Shown here: piece after piece, positions 1-7,206 of the stretch
Layout of the letters: each line of letters begins with the position of its first letter
How positions within the stretch are numbered: position 1 is the stretch's first letter
From: an uncultured virus (IMG/VR IMGVR_UViG_3300029268_000005)
Taxonomy: Duplodnaviria; Heunggongvirae; Uroviricota; Caudoviricetes
IMG/VR virus record: IMGVR_UViG_3300029268_000005
DNA length: 20,000 bases
Direction: 5' to 3' (one strand)
Position numbers and translations under genes: made by a program
The notes under the pieces: model-generated
The model's database searches: none
Told to the model about the DNA's origin: nothing
Seen by the model: the letters and a program-made list of their open reading frames with translations, nothing else

Positions 1-366
1 AGCTGAACGTAAGGCCAGCAGATCGTGAACTATGTCGACGCACGTAGCCTGAAACGTGCTACTGGTTTGTTGTTTGATAAATGGATTGCCACCACGCCAC
101 GTGGACACATGGCTGATGACATTCGGCAACTTGTCAAGCAGCGCCTTCATGACGACAGGCACATCGCCGCTTGGATTACGTCGGCCAAATCGGCCAAGAA
201 TGCTTCGTGCCTCGGCGCCCAGCCGAGTGAGCTTTAGCAACGCTATTACGTCGTTAGTCTGCAATTTGAACTGACGACAACCGGCAGCCACCGCGCGCGT
301 TGCAAATCGTACGATCAATGATTCGGTAAGCGGCACATAATCCGTGGGCCGCACATAGTCACTCAT
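1..366 (-). CDS. Partial CDS running off the window (N-terminal 122 aa); possibly the E2-like partner of the upstream ubiquitin-like protein
   Basis: Not in the ORF track because it has no stop in the window. ATG at 366 with AGGAG at 374-378; frame open to position 1: MSDYVRPTDYVPLTESLIVRFATRAVAAG...QATCVDIVHDLLALRSA. The E2 idea rests only on position and a loose resemblance of the last helix to Ubl-adjacent genes. Confidence 0.75.
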   Translation of the reverse strand, partial: MSDYVRPTDYVPLTESLIVRFATRAVAAGCRQFKLQTNDVIALLKLTRLGAEARSILGRFGRRNPSGDVPVVMKALLDKLPNVISHVSTWRGGNPFIKQQTSSTFQATCVDIVHDLLALRSA

Positions 367-395
367 CAGTTGACTCCTTTTTATTGCACAAACAC

Positions 396-433
396 AAACA
401 CCCTGGGTGGCAAAATTACCACCCAGGGTGTTT
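396..433 (-). terminator. Rho-independent terminator-like hairpin after the Ubl gene
   Basis: Perfect 15-bp inverted repeat AAACACCCTGGGTGG (396-410) / CCACCCAGGGTGTTT (419-433) with an 8-nt loop; followed by an interrupted U-tract on the minus strand and a T5 run on the plus strand. Confidence 0.8.
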
Positions 434-485
434 TTAGGTTAGATCAACAGGTCCGCAAAATGCGGACTGGTCTTACGACCCTGGC

Positions 486-773
486 TTAGCAGGCGCCTTC
501 GACCTTCGTCGGGGTAATGCTGATACGGTCGCCGTTCTGCAACACGAAGCCGGCTTCGATCGGGTTTTCGGGGCCACCGAAGGTGACCTCGGCGCGACGG
601 ATCCGCTTCATGTAGTTGGCGGGGATCTGTCGGTCGCCGATCTGGGTGGCGAAGAAGGTGGCGATGGTCGTGCCTTCGGGGATGGAAATCCAGTTGGCAT
701 AGCCTTCGCCGCCGTTGTTGACGAACAGGACGCGGATGGCCGGGGTGGAAGCGCTGTTGATGTCGTTGGACAT
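486..773 (-). CDS. Ubiquitin-like beta-grasp protein (MoaD/ThiS/Ubl superfamily)
   Basis: 95 aa; IRVLFVNNGGEGYANWISIPEGTTIATFF at the N-terminus and VLQNGDRISITPTKVEGAC at the C-terminus match the beta-grasp pattern (L-x-x-G-D-x-I-x-I followed by a Gly-containing tail). GAGG SD upstream. Confidence 0.85.
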   Translation of the reverse strand: MSNDINSASTPAIRVLFVNNGGEGYANWISIPEGTTIATFFATQIGDRQIPANYMKRIRRAEVTFGGPENPIEAGFVLQNGDRISITPTKVEGAC

Positions 774-792
774 GAGTCAAAACCTCTCATAG

Positions 793-1004
793 TAAGCAGT
801 AATGTTTCCTCATCCACAGCAACCTTGCTGCAGACAGCTACAAACGTGTCGCGGGGGTGCTTGTCGAGCACCTCCTCTCATGGCAAGTACACTCACGATG
901 CATCGTACTGGCGGCACATTACATAGGTCACGCAAGCTGAACGACTAACCGCAAGAACAGCTCAGACCTTCCATACACATACATCCATGTAGAAACATTA
1001 CTAA
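793..1004 (-). ncRNA. Candidate structured RNA or 5' leader of the Ubl gene
   Basis: 11-bp perfect long-range inverted repeat AGTAATGTTTC (798-808) / GAAACATTACT (992-1002) enclosing local hairpins at 817-830 and 856-872, inside the longest gene-free gap of the window. No known family recognised. Confidence 0.4.
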
Positions 1005-1070
1005 GAGGCGGGCATGAGCCCAACCATAACACACATGCTTAGACCTGATGACAGTCTTGGCATAAATGGC

Positions 1071-1093
1071 AAAACGCAGGTGGTAACCTGTGT
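1071..1093 (-). terminator. Weak terminator-like hairpin after the GIY-YIG gene
   Basis: Minus strand ACACAGGT-TACC-ACCTGCGT-TTT directly after the stop at 1097; short stem and short U-tract. Confidence 0.35.
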
Positions 1094-1096
1094 AAG

Positions 1097-1576
1097 TCAC
1101 TGATCGTAGACAACAACGGGACTTGCCTTTATGGCCAAGACAACGAACGGACAGAACTTTCTAGCTGTTTCAAAATCTCGTACTTCGTGTGAGATACGAC
1201 AGCCTACTGGCGTATCACCAACACCACTTGCATGCTCGGCGACTATTCGACCGGAGCAGTTCCAACAGTCTGGCAAGGCATCAGGCATATACAGCTCCTT
1301 CGTTGTACTGTCTGCAAAAGCCAACAACGTGGCGGCCTTAATGCCCGCTGCCAAACTTTTTATGTAGCGTTCCAATCGTAGTGCGTCCCTGTGAGACATG
1401 CTACGGCTGGCAACAAGTAGATGGACCGGTCGCCTACTGCGTGTGTATTTGGCGCCGTGTCCAGAATTGTGTGTCATAACTCGCGCAGAGACATCCGTAC
1501 TGATTCCACAGTAGCGTGTACCGTCACTGCAGACTAGTAGATATACGCGCCATCGTTTATCGATGGGGCAGTTCAA
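1097..1576 (-). CDS. GIY-YIG nuclease (YhbQ/UPF0213-like) with a Cys-containing C-terminal extension
   Basis: WRVYLLVCSDGTRYCGISTDVSARVMTHNSGHGAKYTRSRRPV...ALRLERYIK carries the Y, YxG, R, H and E residues of the family. Confidence 0.92.
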   Translation of the reverse strand: MNCPIDKRWRVYLLVCSDGTRYCGISTDVSARVMTHNSGHGAKYTRSRRPVHLLVASRSMSHRDALRLERYIKSLAAGIKAATLLAFADSTTKELYMPDALPDCWNCSGRIVAEHASGVGDTPVGCRISHEVRDFETARKFCPFVVLAIKASPVVVYDQ

Positions 1577-2435
1577 CTTTGTCTGATTGCCTTGGCATGA
1601 GTTCGCCTCTCAGCACTATCTGAAGATCAGGCAATGTGAAGTCGTTAGATGTCAACTCATGCGTTGTTTCGTTGTCTTCATAGCTGTCGCCGGGGATAGT
1701 CCTTTGCGCTATGATTCGAAAATAAAAGGTGTAAATCGAATGCAGTTTATCTCGGTTGAGTCTTACGCGGGCTAAAATCTGATGATTGTAGACTTCCTCT
1801 TGGTATTGCCGCAAATCATTAGCGTGAATACCAAACGTATCAATAACGTTGACACCAGGTGGCAACGCCATGGTGTAGCCGTCTAGCAAGCGTTCGTGCC
1901 AGCTGTTGCCAGACATGAAGCCTTCGTCTTCAAATTCATCCAGCTGATTGGACAGACCTCTTATCAGCCTGGATGGTATGAACGTAATCTGCAAGTCCTC
2001 AAGGTTGTCGAAAACGATTGAGTCCGGCAACTCACACGTCATGTCTTTGTGCGCAGCTATGGCCAATGCCTGGGCTGTAGCACGAAACGCGCTAAATTTG
2101 GCGATAGCGTTGCTGGTCACAGGCAGCACGGCAAACATATCGCTGCGGACGTCGAACATAACGACAGGCTGGCCGTGTATCGAGTTGGCTACTTGGAACG
2201 TGGGCACGTCTTCGTCAGGACGTGCGAGTCGAGCATTGTAGCGCAAGCCAGTACTGTGCCCACAATAAGGGCATACAAGTCGGACTGCGGCTGAATAACC
2301 ATCAAATGTAAACGCCGCGTCGTAAGCCTTGCAAAGGGTGGTAAAACACAGGTTACACGAAAAGATGGTGTCCGCTAACAGAAAATCGTTGGGATCTTCC
2401 ATATCTGAGAAAGCAATCACAATCTTATTCGACAT
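1557..2435 (-). CDS. Hypothetical protein with N-terminal zinc-ribbon (CNLC...CPYC)
   Basis: 292-aa ORF overlapping both neighbours; two CxxC pairs. Confidence 0.75.
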   Translation of the reverse strand: MSNKIVIAFSDMEDPNDFLLADTIFSCNLCFTTLCKAYDAAFTFDGYSAAVRLVCPYCGHSTGLRYNARLARPDEDVPTFQVANSIHGQPVVMFDVRSDMFAVLPVTSNAIAKFSAFRATAQALAIAAHKDMTCELPDSIVFDNLEDLQITFIPSRLIRGLSNQLDEFEDEGFMSGNSWHERLLDGYTMALPPGVNVIDTFGIHANDLRQYQEEVYNHQILARVRLNRDKLHSIYTFYFRIIAQRTIPGDSYEDNETTHELTSNDFTLPDLQIVLRGELMPRQSDKVELPHR

Positions 2436-2991
2436 AGTATGACCCGCCCACGTGTTGTAGTTTTGCTGTATCCTTTAGTGCAGACAACCACAGTTCATGG
2501 TCGCTGCCCCAAGCCGGATCCACTAGATCCAGTTCCTCTTCGCCAAACAGATGGCATCGAACATGGTGGCAATTGCCCAACACATTGGCAACGTCACCAT
2601 GCCGCTCTAGCCGGAAGTACCGCAGGACTTTCCAGTTGCTTACGAACAACCGAATACATGCAAACACTTCGCGCAACGTAGGCGAGAATATCAACGGTGT
2701 TGAGAAGCCGTGAAAGGTCATGATGCGCGTGCTGTTAAGCCCGAACGGATAGACCTTTATCAGCCGCCCGAGTTTCGGATTGCTTGTATAGTCACAGTCA
2801 GGACTAATGCCTTGTGAGTTGACAAGACACAGTCTTGAGCGACCCTGACCTTTTATGTGCACAGGAAGCAGCGGATATATGGCCTCCTGTAAAACACGCG
2901 TCTGTGCATCGTTCAGCGTTGGCACTAACTTCAGTTTGCACCTGTCGCTGAACGATATGTTTGTTTGCTGATCTACCGTTGGTTGTAGCAT
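2425..2991 (-). CDS. Hypothetical protein
   Basis: 188-aa ORF; start overlaps the upstream stop (TGATG). Confidence 0.75.
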   Translation of the reverse strand: MLQPTVDQQTNISFSDRCKLKLVPTLNDAQTRVLQEAIYPLLPVHIKGQGRSRLCLVNSQGISPDCDYTSNPKLGRLIKVYPFGLNSTRIMTFHGFSTPLIFSPTLREVFACIRLFVSNWKVLRYFRLERHGDVANVLGNCHHVRCHLFGEEELDLVDPAWGSDHELWLSALKDTAKLQHVGGSYYVE

Positions 2992-4046
2992 CAGAGAAGT
3001 ACAGGCCGAGTCAACGGGATTTTCAGAATCTTGACAGGCTCAGAACGACGCCAGCGATTCCAAGCCACGATGCACAGCCGAAACAGCATCTCATCTGACA
3101 TCAGTCGAGCCGATTGCTTGAGCATAGCCGACTTGTTGTTGCGAGGATTGAATGTTCGTTCCAGCAGCTTACGTAGCTGGTAACGAGCATCTGAACGATC
3201 CGTTACGCCAATACCCTCGGCCACTGGTCGCCAGAAGTCGTCTACGACGTCAGGAGCCTTGGCAAATGTGGCAAACATAGCCGCTGATACAGGCATCCTG
3301 TCAAAAGCGCGACTCTCTTTGGATAAGTCCTGTCCGAGACGACCCACGGCATTGAATAGGTCGGAATATTGCGATTCAACCTGCGCAGTGCCTTGTTCAG
3401 GGGTAAGCCGATAGCGAATGTCCTCCTGAGGGTACATCCACAATCGAAATGCCGAGTACAGCTTAACCAGCCGGTTGATAGCAATACCTTCCGCACACGG
3501 CTGGCCTATAAGAATGTTCTTTGCACGCTGGGACAAGGTGCGCGGCTTGCAAGCGTCGTACGTATTGTACAGCTGTCGAAGCTGTTCTTCTTTCTGTACA
3601 CGATACACGACTTCACGAACACGTGCTGCAAAGCCCTCAGGCATATAAGCCACGGCCCAACACGTATGCTGTCCGTTGGTCTTGTAGCAAGTAGAACCAA
3701 GCCATGCCTTGGCAATGATGACGTTAGTCCAGTTGAACTCGTCGCGCTTCATCTTGTCCAGCAAGTCCTGCACATGTGCCGTGCTAACAGCTCGTTCGCC
3801 AGGCAAGATAGGCAGATCGATGTACTCGGCTGCCTTCTTCATATCGAGCCGTACGTGCTGGTCCGAGACTATCTCGTACTCAAGCGGAGTTGCAGGGCCG
3901 GTCATGATCGGCTCTGTGCGCACGGACGGTATCTTCTGATTGTTGTTCTGCAGATTGAGCTGCTCAGCCGTGTGTGTCGTCCTGGCTGTAACAGGTATCA
4001 CTGTGCTGAGAATAGCTGCGCGTCTGGATGTGTTTCGTTTGGCCAC
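2991..4046 (-). CDS. DGQHR/ParB-Srx-like domain protein
   Basis: 351 aa; ERAVSTAHVQDLLDKMKRDEF...KTNGQHTCWAV...YDACKPRT follows the R-x-V-x-x-x-HV, [DN]GQH[RT], D-x-x-x-x-R pattern of phage ParB-like/DGQHR proteins. GTG start with GAGGG SD. Confidence 0.7.
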   Translation of the reverse strand: MAKRNTSRRAAILSTVIPVTARTTHTAEQLNLQNNNQKIPSVRTEPIMTGPATPLEYEIVSDQHVRLDMKKAAEYIDLPILPGERAVSTAHVQDLLDKMKRDEFNWTNVIIAKAWLGSTCYKTNGQHTCWAVAYMPEGFAARVREVVYRVQKEEQLRQLYNTYDACKPRTLSQRAKNILIGQPCAEGIAINRLVKLYSAFRLWMYPQEDIRYRLTPEQGTAQVESQYSDLFNAVGRLGQDLSKESRAFDRMPVSAAMFATFAKAPDVVDDFWRPVAEGIGVTDRSDARYQLRKLLERTFNPRNNKSAMLKQSARLMSDEMLFRLCIVAWNRWRRSEPVKILKIPLTRPVLL

Positions 4047-4125
4047 TGTAATAGCCCTCGTTAATGCCCTAGTTTAGATATCGAAGCTTGACGTAGTGTT
4101 CATGTGAAAGTCGACGTACCCTGTG

Positions 4126-4590
4126 CTATACGGCCAATTCTTCAAGATCAAAGTCAAGCTTCAGCGCAGGAATGATGTCGTAGCAAATAGCACGCAACGT
4201 ATGAATGAACAGTGCTGGGTCACGTGTCGTTGCAAACTCTTGCAAATACGAGACACCTGATGCCTGGGCCTGTACGCAAGAGCGGCCAAGACGTTTTCGC
4301 ACCGGGCAGGCGGTGCAGTACGGCAGATCCTGACACAGCGTACACCATCGGCATATGCCGGAGCCCATCGGGCTAAACGTACTGTTCTTGTCCCGAAGAC
4401 AAAACGTTGAACCGTAGCTGTACACTGCTGCTGAACACACAGAGGCTGTAAACTTGACATCATGCTTTTCAAGGTTTACAGGCAGAAAGCCCAGCCATTT
4501 TATCAGGGAGGCCTCTGCCGCGTGTTCTCGGCCGTTACGATTACCCGGCGTAGTGCCCATGAATGTCTGTCGCCACGTTGGTATCGACAT
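4126..4590 (-). CDS. Cys-rich hypothetical phage-type protein
   Basis: Start moved to ATG 4590 (AAGGA SD); SLIKW motif and CTLC-x5-CTACP-x7-C cluster. Confidence 0.7.
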   Translation of the reverse strand: MSIPTWRQTFMGTTPGNRNGREHAAEASLIKWLGFLPVNLEKHDVKFTASVCSAAVYSYGSTFCLRDKNSTFSPMGSGICRWCTLCQDLPYCTACPVRKRLGRSCVQAQASGVSYLQEFATTRDPALFIHTLRAICYDIIPALKLDFDLEELAV

Positions 4591-4600
4591 GTTTTCGTCC

Positions 4601-5014
4601 TTAATCCTGCTCGTCCGCACGAGCTAAGTAGTCCTTAACAGCCTTGCGCCATGTGCGCCAAGCAAAATGCGATACAGTGGGTATTTCTTCAGCCGGTAGA
4701 CAAAACAGATTCTCTAGTACTGCCTTACACTGCTGCACTGTGCCTCGCTCAGAAACAGCCTGCACCAGGTAGGCAATCAGCTGGACACTGTTCTTTGCCG
4801 GTAGTACTAGACCACAGCTCTCGCAGCTGAACTGGTAAATCTTGTCTGAAGTAATCACAGGGCCATATCCAGTCAATAATGGATTGCCCTCCATGCGAGG
4901 CCAAGAACAGCTGTTCAGCAGGCTGTAGGACTCTATCGCATCCTCCGGTGTGCACTTTAGCCAGTGATAATTGCACACCGCGCAACGATGGATATCAGTA
5001 AGCGGTAAGGCCAT
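4601..5014 (-). CDS. Hypothetical zinc-ribbon protein
   Basis: 137 aa; CAVC and CESC pairs; GGAG upstream. Confidence 0.7.
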   Translation of the reverse strand: MALPLTDIHRCAVCNYHWLKCTPEDAIESYSLLNSCSWPRMEGNPLLTGYGPVITSDKIYQFSCESCGLVLPAKNSVQLIAYLVQAVSERGTVQQCKAVLENLFCLPAEEIPTVSHFAWRTWRKAVKDYLARADEQD

Positions 5015-5096
5015 ATGACCTGTGCTCCGTGCGCATCGGCAACTTTAGACCGTCTTCAAAGATTGCACGGCCTTTCGACACTCGTTTATCCTTCAC
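4995..5096 (-). CDS. Possible small basic protein (33 aa)
   Basis: GTG at 5096 preceded by AAAGGA; MKDKRVSKGRAIFEDGLKLPMRTEHRSYGLTAY fills the gap between two genes. Below the ORF-track cutoff. Confidence 0.35.
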   Translation of the reverse strand: MKDKRVSKGRAIFEDGLKLPMRTEHRSYGLTAY

Positions 5097-5137
5097 TCGT
5101 GTATCCTTTCTGTGTGGTTTGTGAGACACACAGCCGA

Positions 5138-5803
5138 TTACAGCTGCGGTATGACGTTACGTTGTAAAAACTCTCGATTCGTCTCTAACCAGTCCCTTTG
5201 GAGGTCTTCGCCAACGATCCTATGGCCTGCCATGAACCACAGCTTCATGAAGTCTAGGAAGTGAACCCACGACCTATACGGTGCAGTACGGATAGCGCCT
5301 CCGGAATAACAGACGTACGAACGTGTCATTAGATACGCGTAGAAACCGTGGCACCTTCTACTGTCATCCTCACACGGCAGTTCAAAACTAAGCCGCAACA
5401 TGTCCATCAACGCATCTGCCGTCAGTTCTGTGTAAAAAAGTTTCCAGTACTGTGTTAGCAGTGCTTGCACAGGTCGATGTACGACATACTTCAGATCGTA
5501 TATTGAAGCGCCGGAACGCCGGTTAGCCGTAAAGCAAATTGCGGCAGGCCGCAACAGCTCTAGAGGGTAGTCGTCGTCAAAGCTAAACTTAGCATTGCCG
5601 TGCGAATCAAGGCTTTTAAGAATAATGGAGTGCCCATTGATACAAATCTTTTTCGAAGCTGCCTCAACCGTCTCTATGCCTAAGTTTGGAAAACGCTCGG
5701 CAAGCCACTCAGGCACATCCTTCATGCGGCTGGCTCGGCAATACGTCTCGCTGAGCGCAACTTCGTCGTACAAATTCAGCTGCTGAACATCAGCCACCGA
5801 CAT
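5138..5803 (-). CDS. Hypothetical protein
   Basis: 221 aa; GAGGAGG SD; overlaps the upstream gene end. Confidence 0.8.
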   Translation of the reverse strand: MSVADVQQLNLYDEVALSETYCRASRMKDVPEWLAERFPNLGIETVEAASKKICINGHSIILKSLDSHGNAKFSFDDDYPLELLRPAAICFTANRRSGASIYDLKYVVHRPVQALLTQYWKLFYTELTADALMDMLRLSFELPCEDDSRRCHGFYAYLMTRSYVCYSGGAIRTAPYRSWVHFLDFMKLWFMAGHRIVGEDLQRDWLETNREFLQRNVIPQL

Positions 5804-6101
5804 CGGACACCTCCTCTATCGCAGCCATGCAGTGTTCCTTGTGCTGGCCGATATGTGACAGCTCCATTAGAAGCTCTGCAAAGCTCATCTGTGTGAGAAG
5901 GAATTTCAGCTGCACCGGAAGGCCATGCCGCTCCAGTGATTCAGCAGCCTTAATCACGTCGCCGTCTGTTATCAGATTGTCGCTAGTGTTTTCGGCATTA
6001 GCCGCAACCACGTCCAATTGCTCAAGTACTAGCGGAGACAAATCGGCGGCAGTGAGCCCCATTGCGTCCACACAGACTTGAATCGTGTCATCGTGAGACA
6101 T
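5790..6101 (-). CDS. Hypothetical acidic helical protein
   Basis: Start reassigned to ATG 6101 (MSHDDTIQ..., GAGGG SD) to avoid overlap with the 6172-6633 gene. Confidence 0.7.
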   Translation of the reverse strand: MSHDDTIQVCVDAMGLTAADLSPLVLEQLDVVAANAENTSDNLITDGDVIKAAESLERHGLPVQLKFLLTQMSFAELLMELSHIGQHKEHCMAAIEEVSDVGG

Positions 6102-6171
6102 AGCATGGCCCTCACTGGCTCTGATAGCCGTGTTGGAGTTAGCCGGGCTGTAATGATTTGACGACGAAAGA

Positions 6172-6633
6172 CTACGATCTACGACCGCGAATCTCTGCCG
6201 CTTCATCCAGATTCCTGCGAATAACAGATGAAGCTTCAGAGACTGTGGCCGGACCACAAGCGTCGAAGAGAGGAATCAGGGCGGGCTCTAACAAGCGCAC
6301 CGAGTCCAGAGGGCGTCGTTTCCTACGACGGGCGCAATACAGAATCATTCCAAGCCAATAGCGAATTGTAGTGCCTGTGCCTACAGCGTGCTTAACATCG
6401 GCTAGAGCCTTCAAGAGATCGTTAAGACTGTCGCTGGTGATTGGCTCTTTGTCTTCAGCCATCTCTGTGTACGGGTCGAATGGCACAAACGTGCTACCAC
6501 AATAGAACGTGAACTCCAGTGTTCCGGCCGGGCCAACATTCCAGTCCAGATCACCCTGCATATTGGCTGATGCTGTTACCAGCAGCAGGTCATTGACAAA
6601 GTCGCTATCAGTGCGGGTCTTGCGAATTGTCAT
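6172..6633 (-). CDS. Hypothetical phage-type protein
   Basis: 153 aa; FYCGSTF...AEDKEPIT...LYCARRRKRRP...LFDACGP pattern reminiscent of phage hypothetical proteins. Confidence 0.75.
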   Translation of the reverse strand: MTIRKTRTDSDFVNDLLLVTASANMQGDLDWNVGPAGTLEFTFYCGSTFVPFDPYTEMAEDKEPITSDSLNDLLKALADVKHAVGTGTTIRYWLGMILYCARRRKRRPLDSVRLLEPALIPLFDACGPATVSEASSVIRRNLDEAAEIRGRRS

Positions 6634-7012
6634 CTTCGTTGTCCTCAGCGGCTGGTGTGATTAGGCCGCACAATACGGCCTTGTTGTAGATGTCATCCTT
6701 GTAACGTTCGAGACAGAACTCAAAGCTCAACTCGTCATCTGTATCAAGTTCAGACGACCACACCGGGAAGTCATCGATGTGGATTGCTGCCTCGAATCTG
6801 GACAGATGGACTGTGACCATTGGAATGGCGCCTCGATAGGCGTTACGATCCAGCCAACTCTGCAGCATGTGCGCGATGGCGGCCATATGCTTGCTGTCAG
6901 CCTGTCCTACATACAGGTTGTCTATGCCGCGTCGATTGATGACTTCCTGAGCTTTCTCCGTCGGATAATCTGCATCGTTGTCGTAGGCCTCTGACTCTTG
7001 ATTGTTCGACAT
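6608..7012 (-). CDS. Hypothetical acidic protein
   Basis: Start reassigned to ATG 7012 (MSNNQESE...) with AGGAG at 7020-7024. Confidence 0.75.
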   Translation of the reverse strand: MSNNQESEAYDNDADYPTEKAQEVINRRGIDNLYVGQADSKHMAAIAHMLQSWLDRNAYRGAIPMVTVHLSRFEAAIHIDDFPVWSSELDTDDELSFEFCLERYKDDIYNKAVLCGLITPAAEDNEDDNSQDPH

Positions 7013-7143
7013 GTTGGTGCTCCTGCCTATACGGAAGGTATGACGCAGAAAATCGTACCGGCAACGTCGCTGACGCACAGTACTCATTGTTACAGACAAT
7101 CAGCGACACAGGTATAGCTACAGTGCTATTGCAGTGTATGACC

Positions 7144-7181
7144 AAAGAAAAGGCCCTACCGCCATCCGTGACGGTAGGGCC
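7144..7181 (-). terminator. Rho-independent terminator
   Basis: Minus strand GGCCCTACCGTCA-CGGA-TGGCGGTAGGGCC followed by TTTTCTTT, 25 nt after the stop at 7207. Confidence 0.9.
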
Positions 7182-7206
7182 ATCTGCGTTCCATCGCTCC
7201 ACCCCT

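Noticed and set aside
439..871. Alternative minus-strand ORFs 439-780 and 608-871 overlapping the Ubl
   Set aside because: Off-frame shadows caused by the high GC3 of the Ubl gene; R/P/S-rich with no motifs, and the SD-like run before 871 abuts the GTG.
1041..1100. Hammerhead-ribozyme-like arrangement on the plus strand (CTGATGA at 1045-1051, then AAAAC, a hairpin and GTA)
   Set aside because: The required GAAA is AAAA, stem II does not form next to the core, stem I is out of register, and it is antisense to all genes.
5110..5133. Hairpin CTGTGTG...CACACAG after the 5138 stop
   Set aside because: No U-tract on the coding strand, so it is not called a terminator; it is short enough to arise by chance.
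7013..7143. Possible promoter after the strong terminator (TTGCCG...CATACC)
   Set aside because: A promoter is plausible here, but the match to a sigma-70 consensus is too poor to call.
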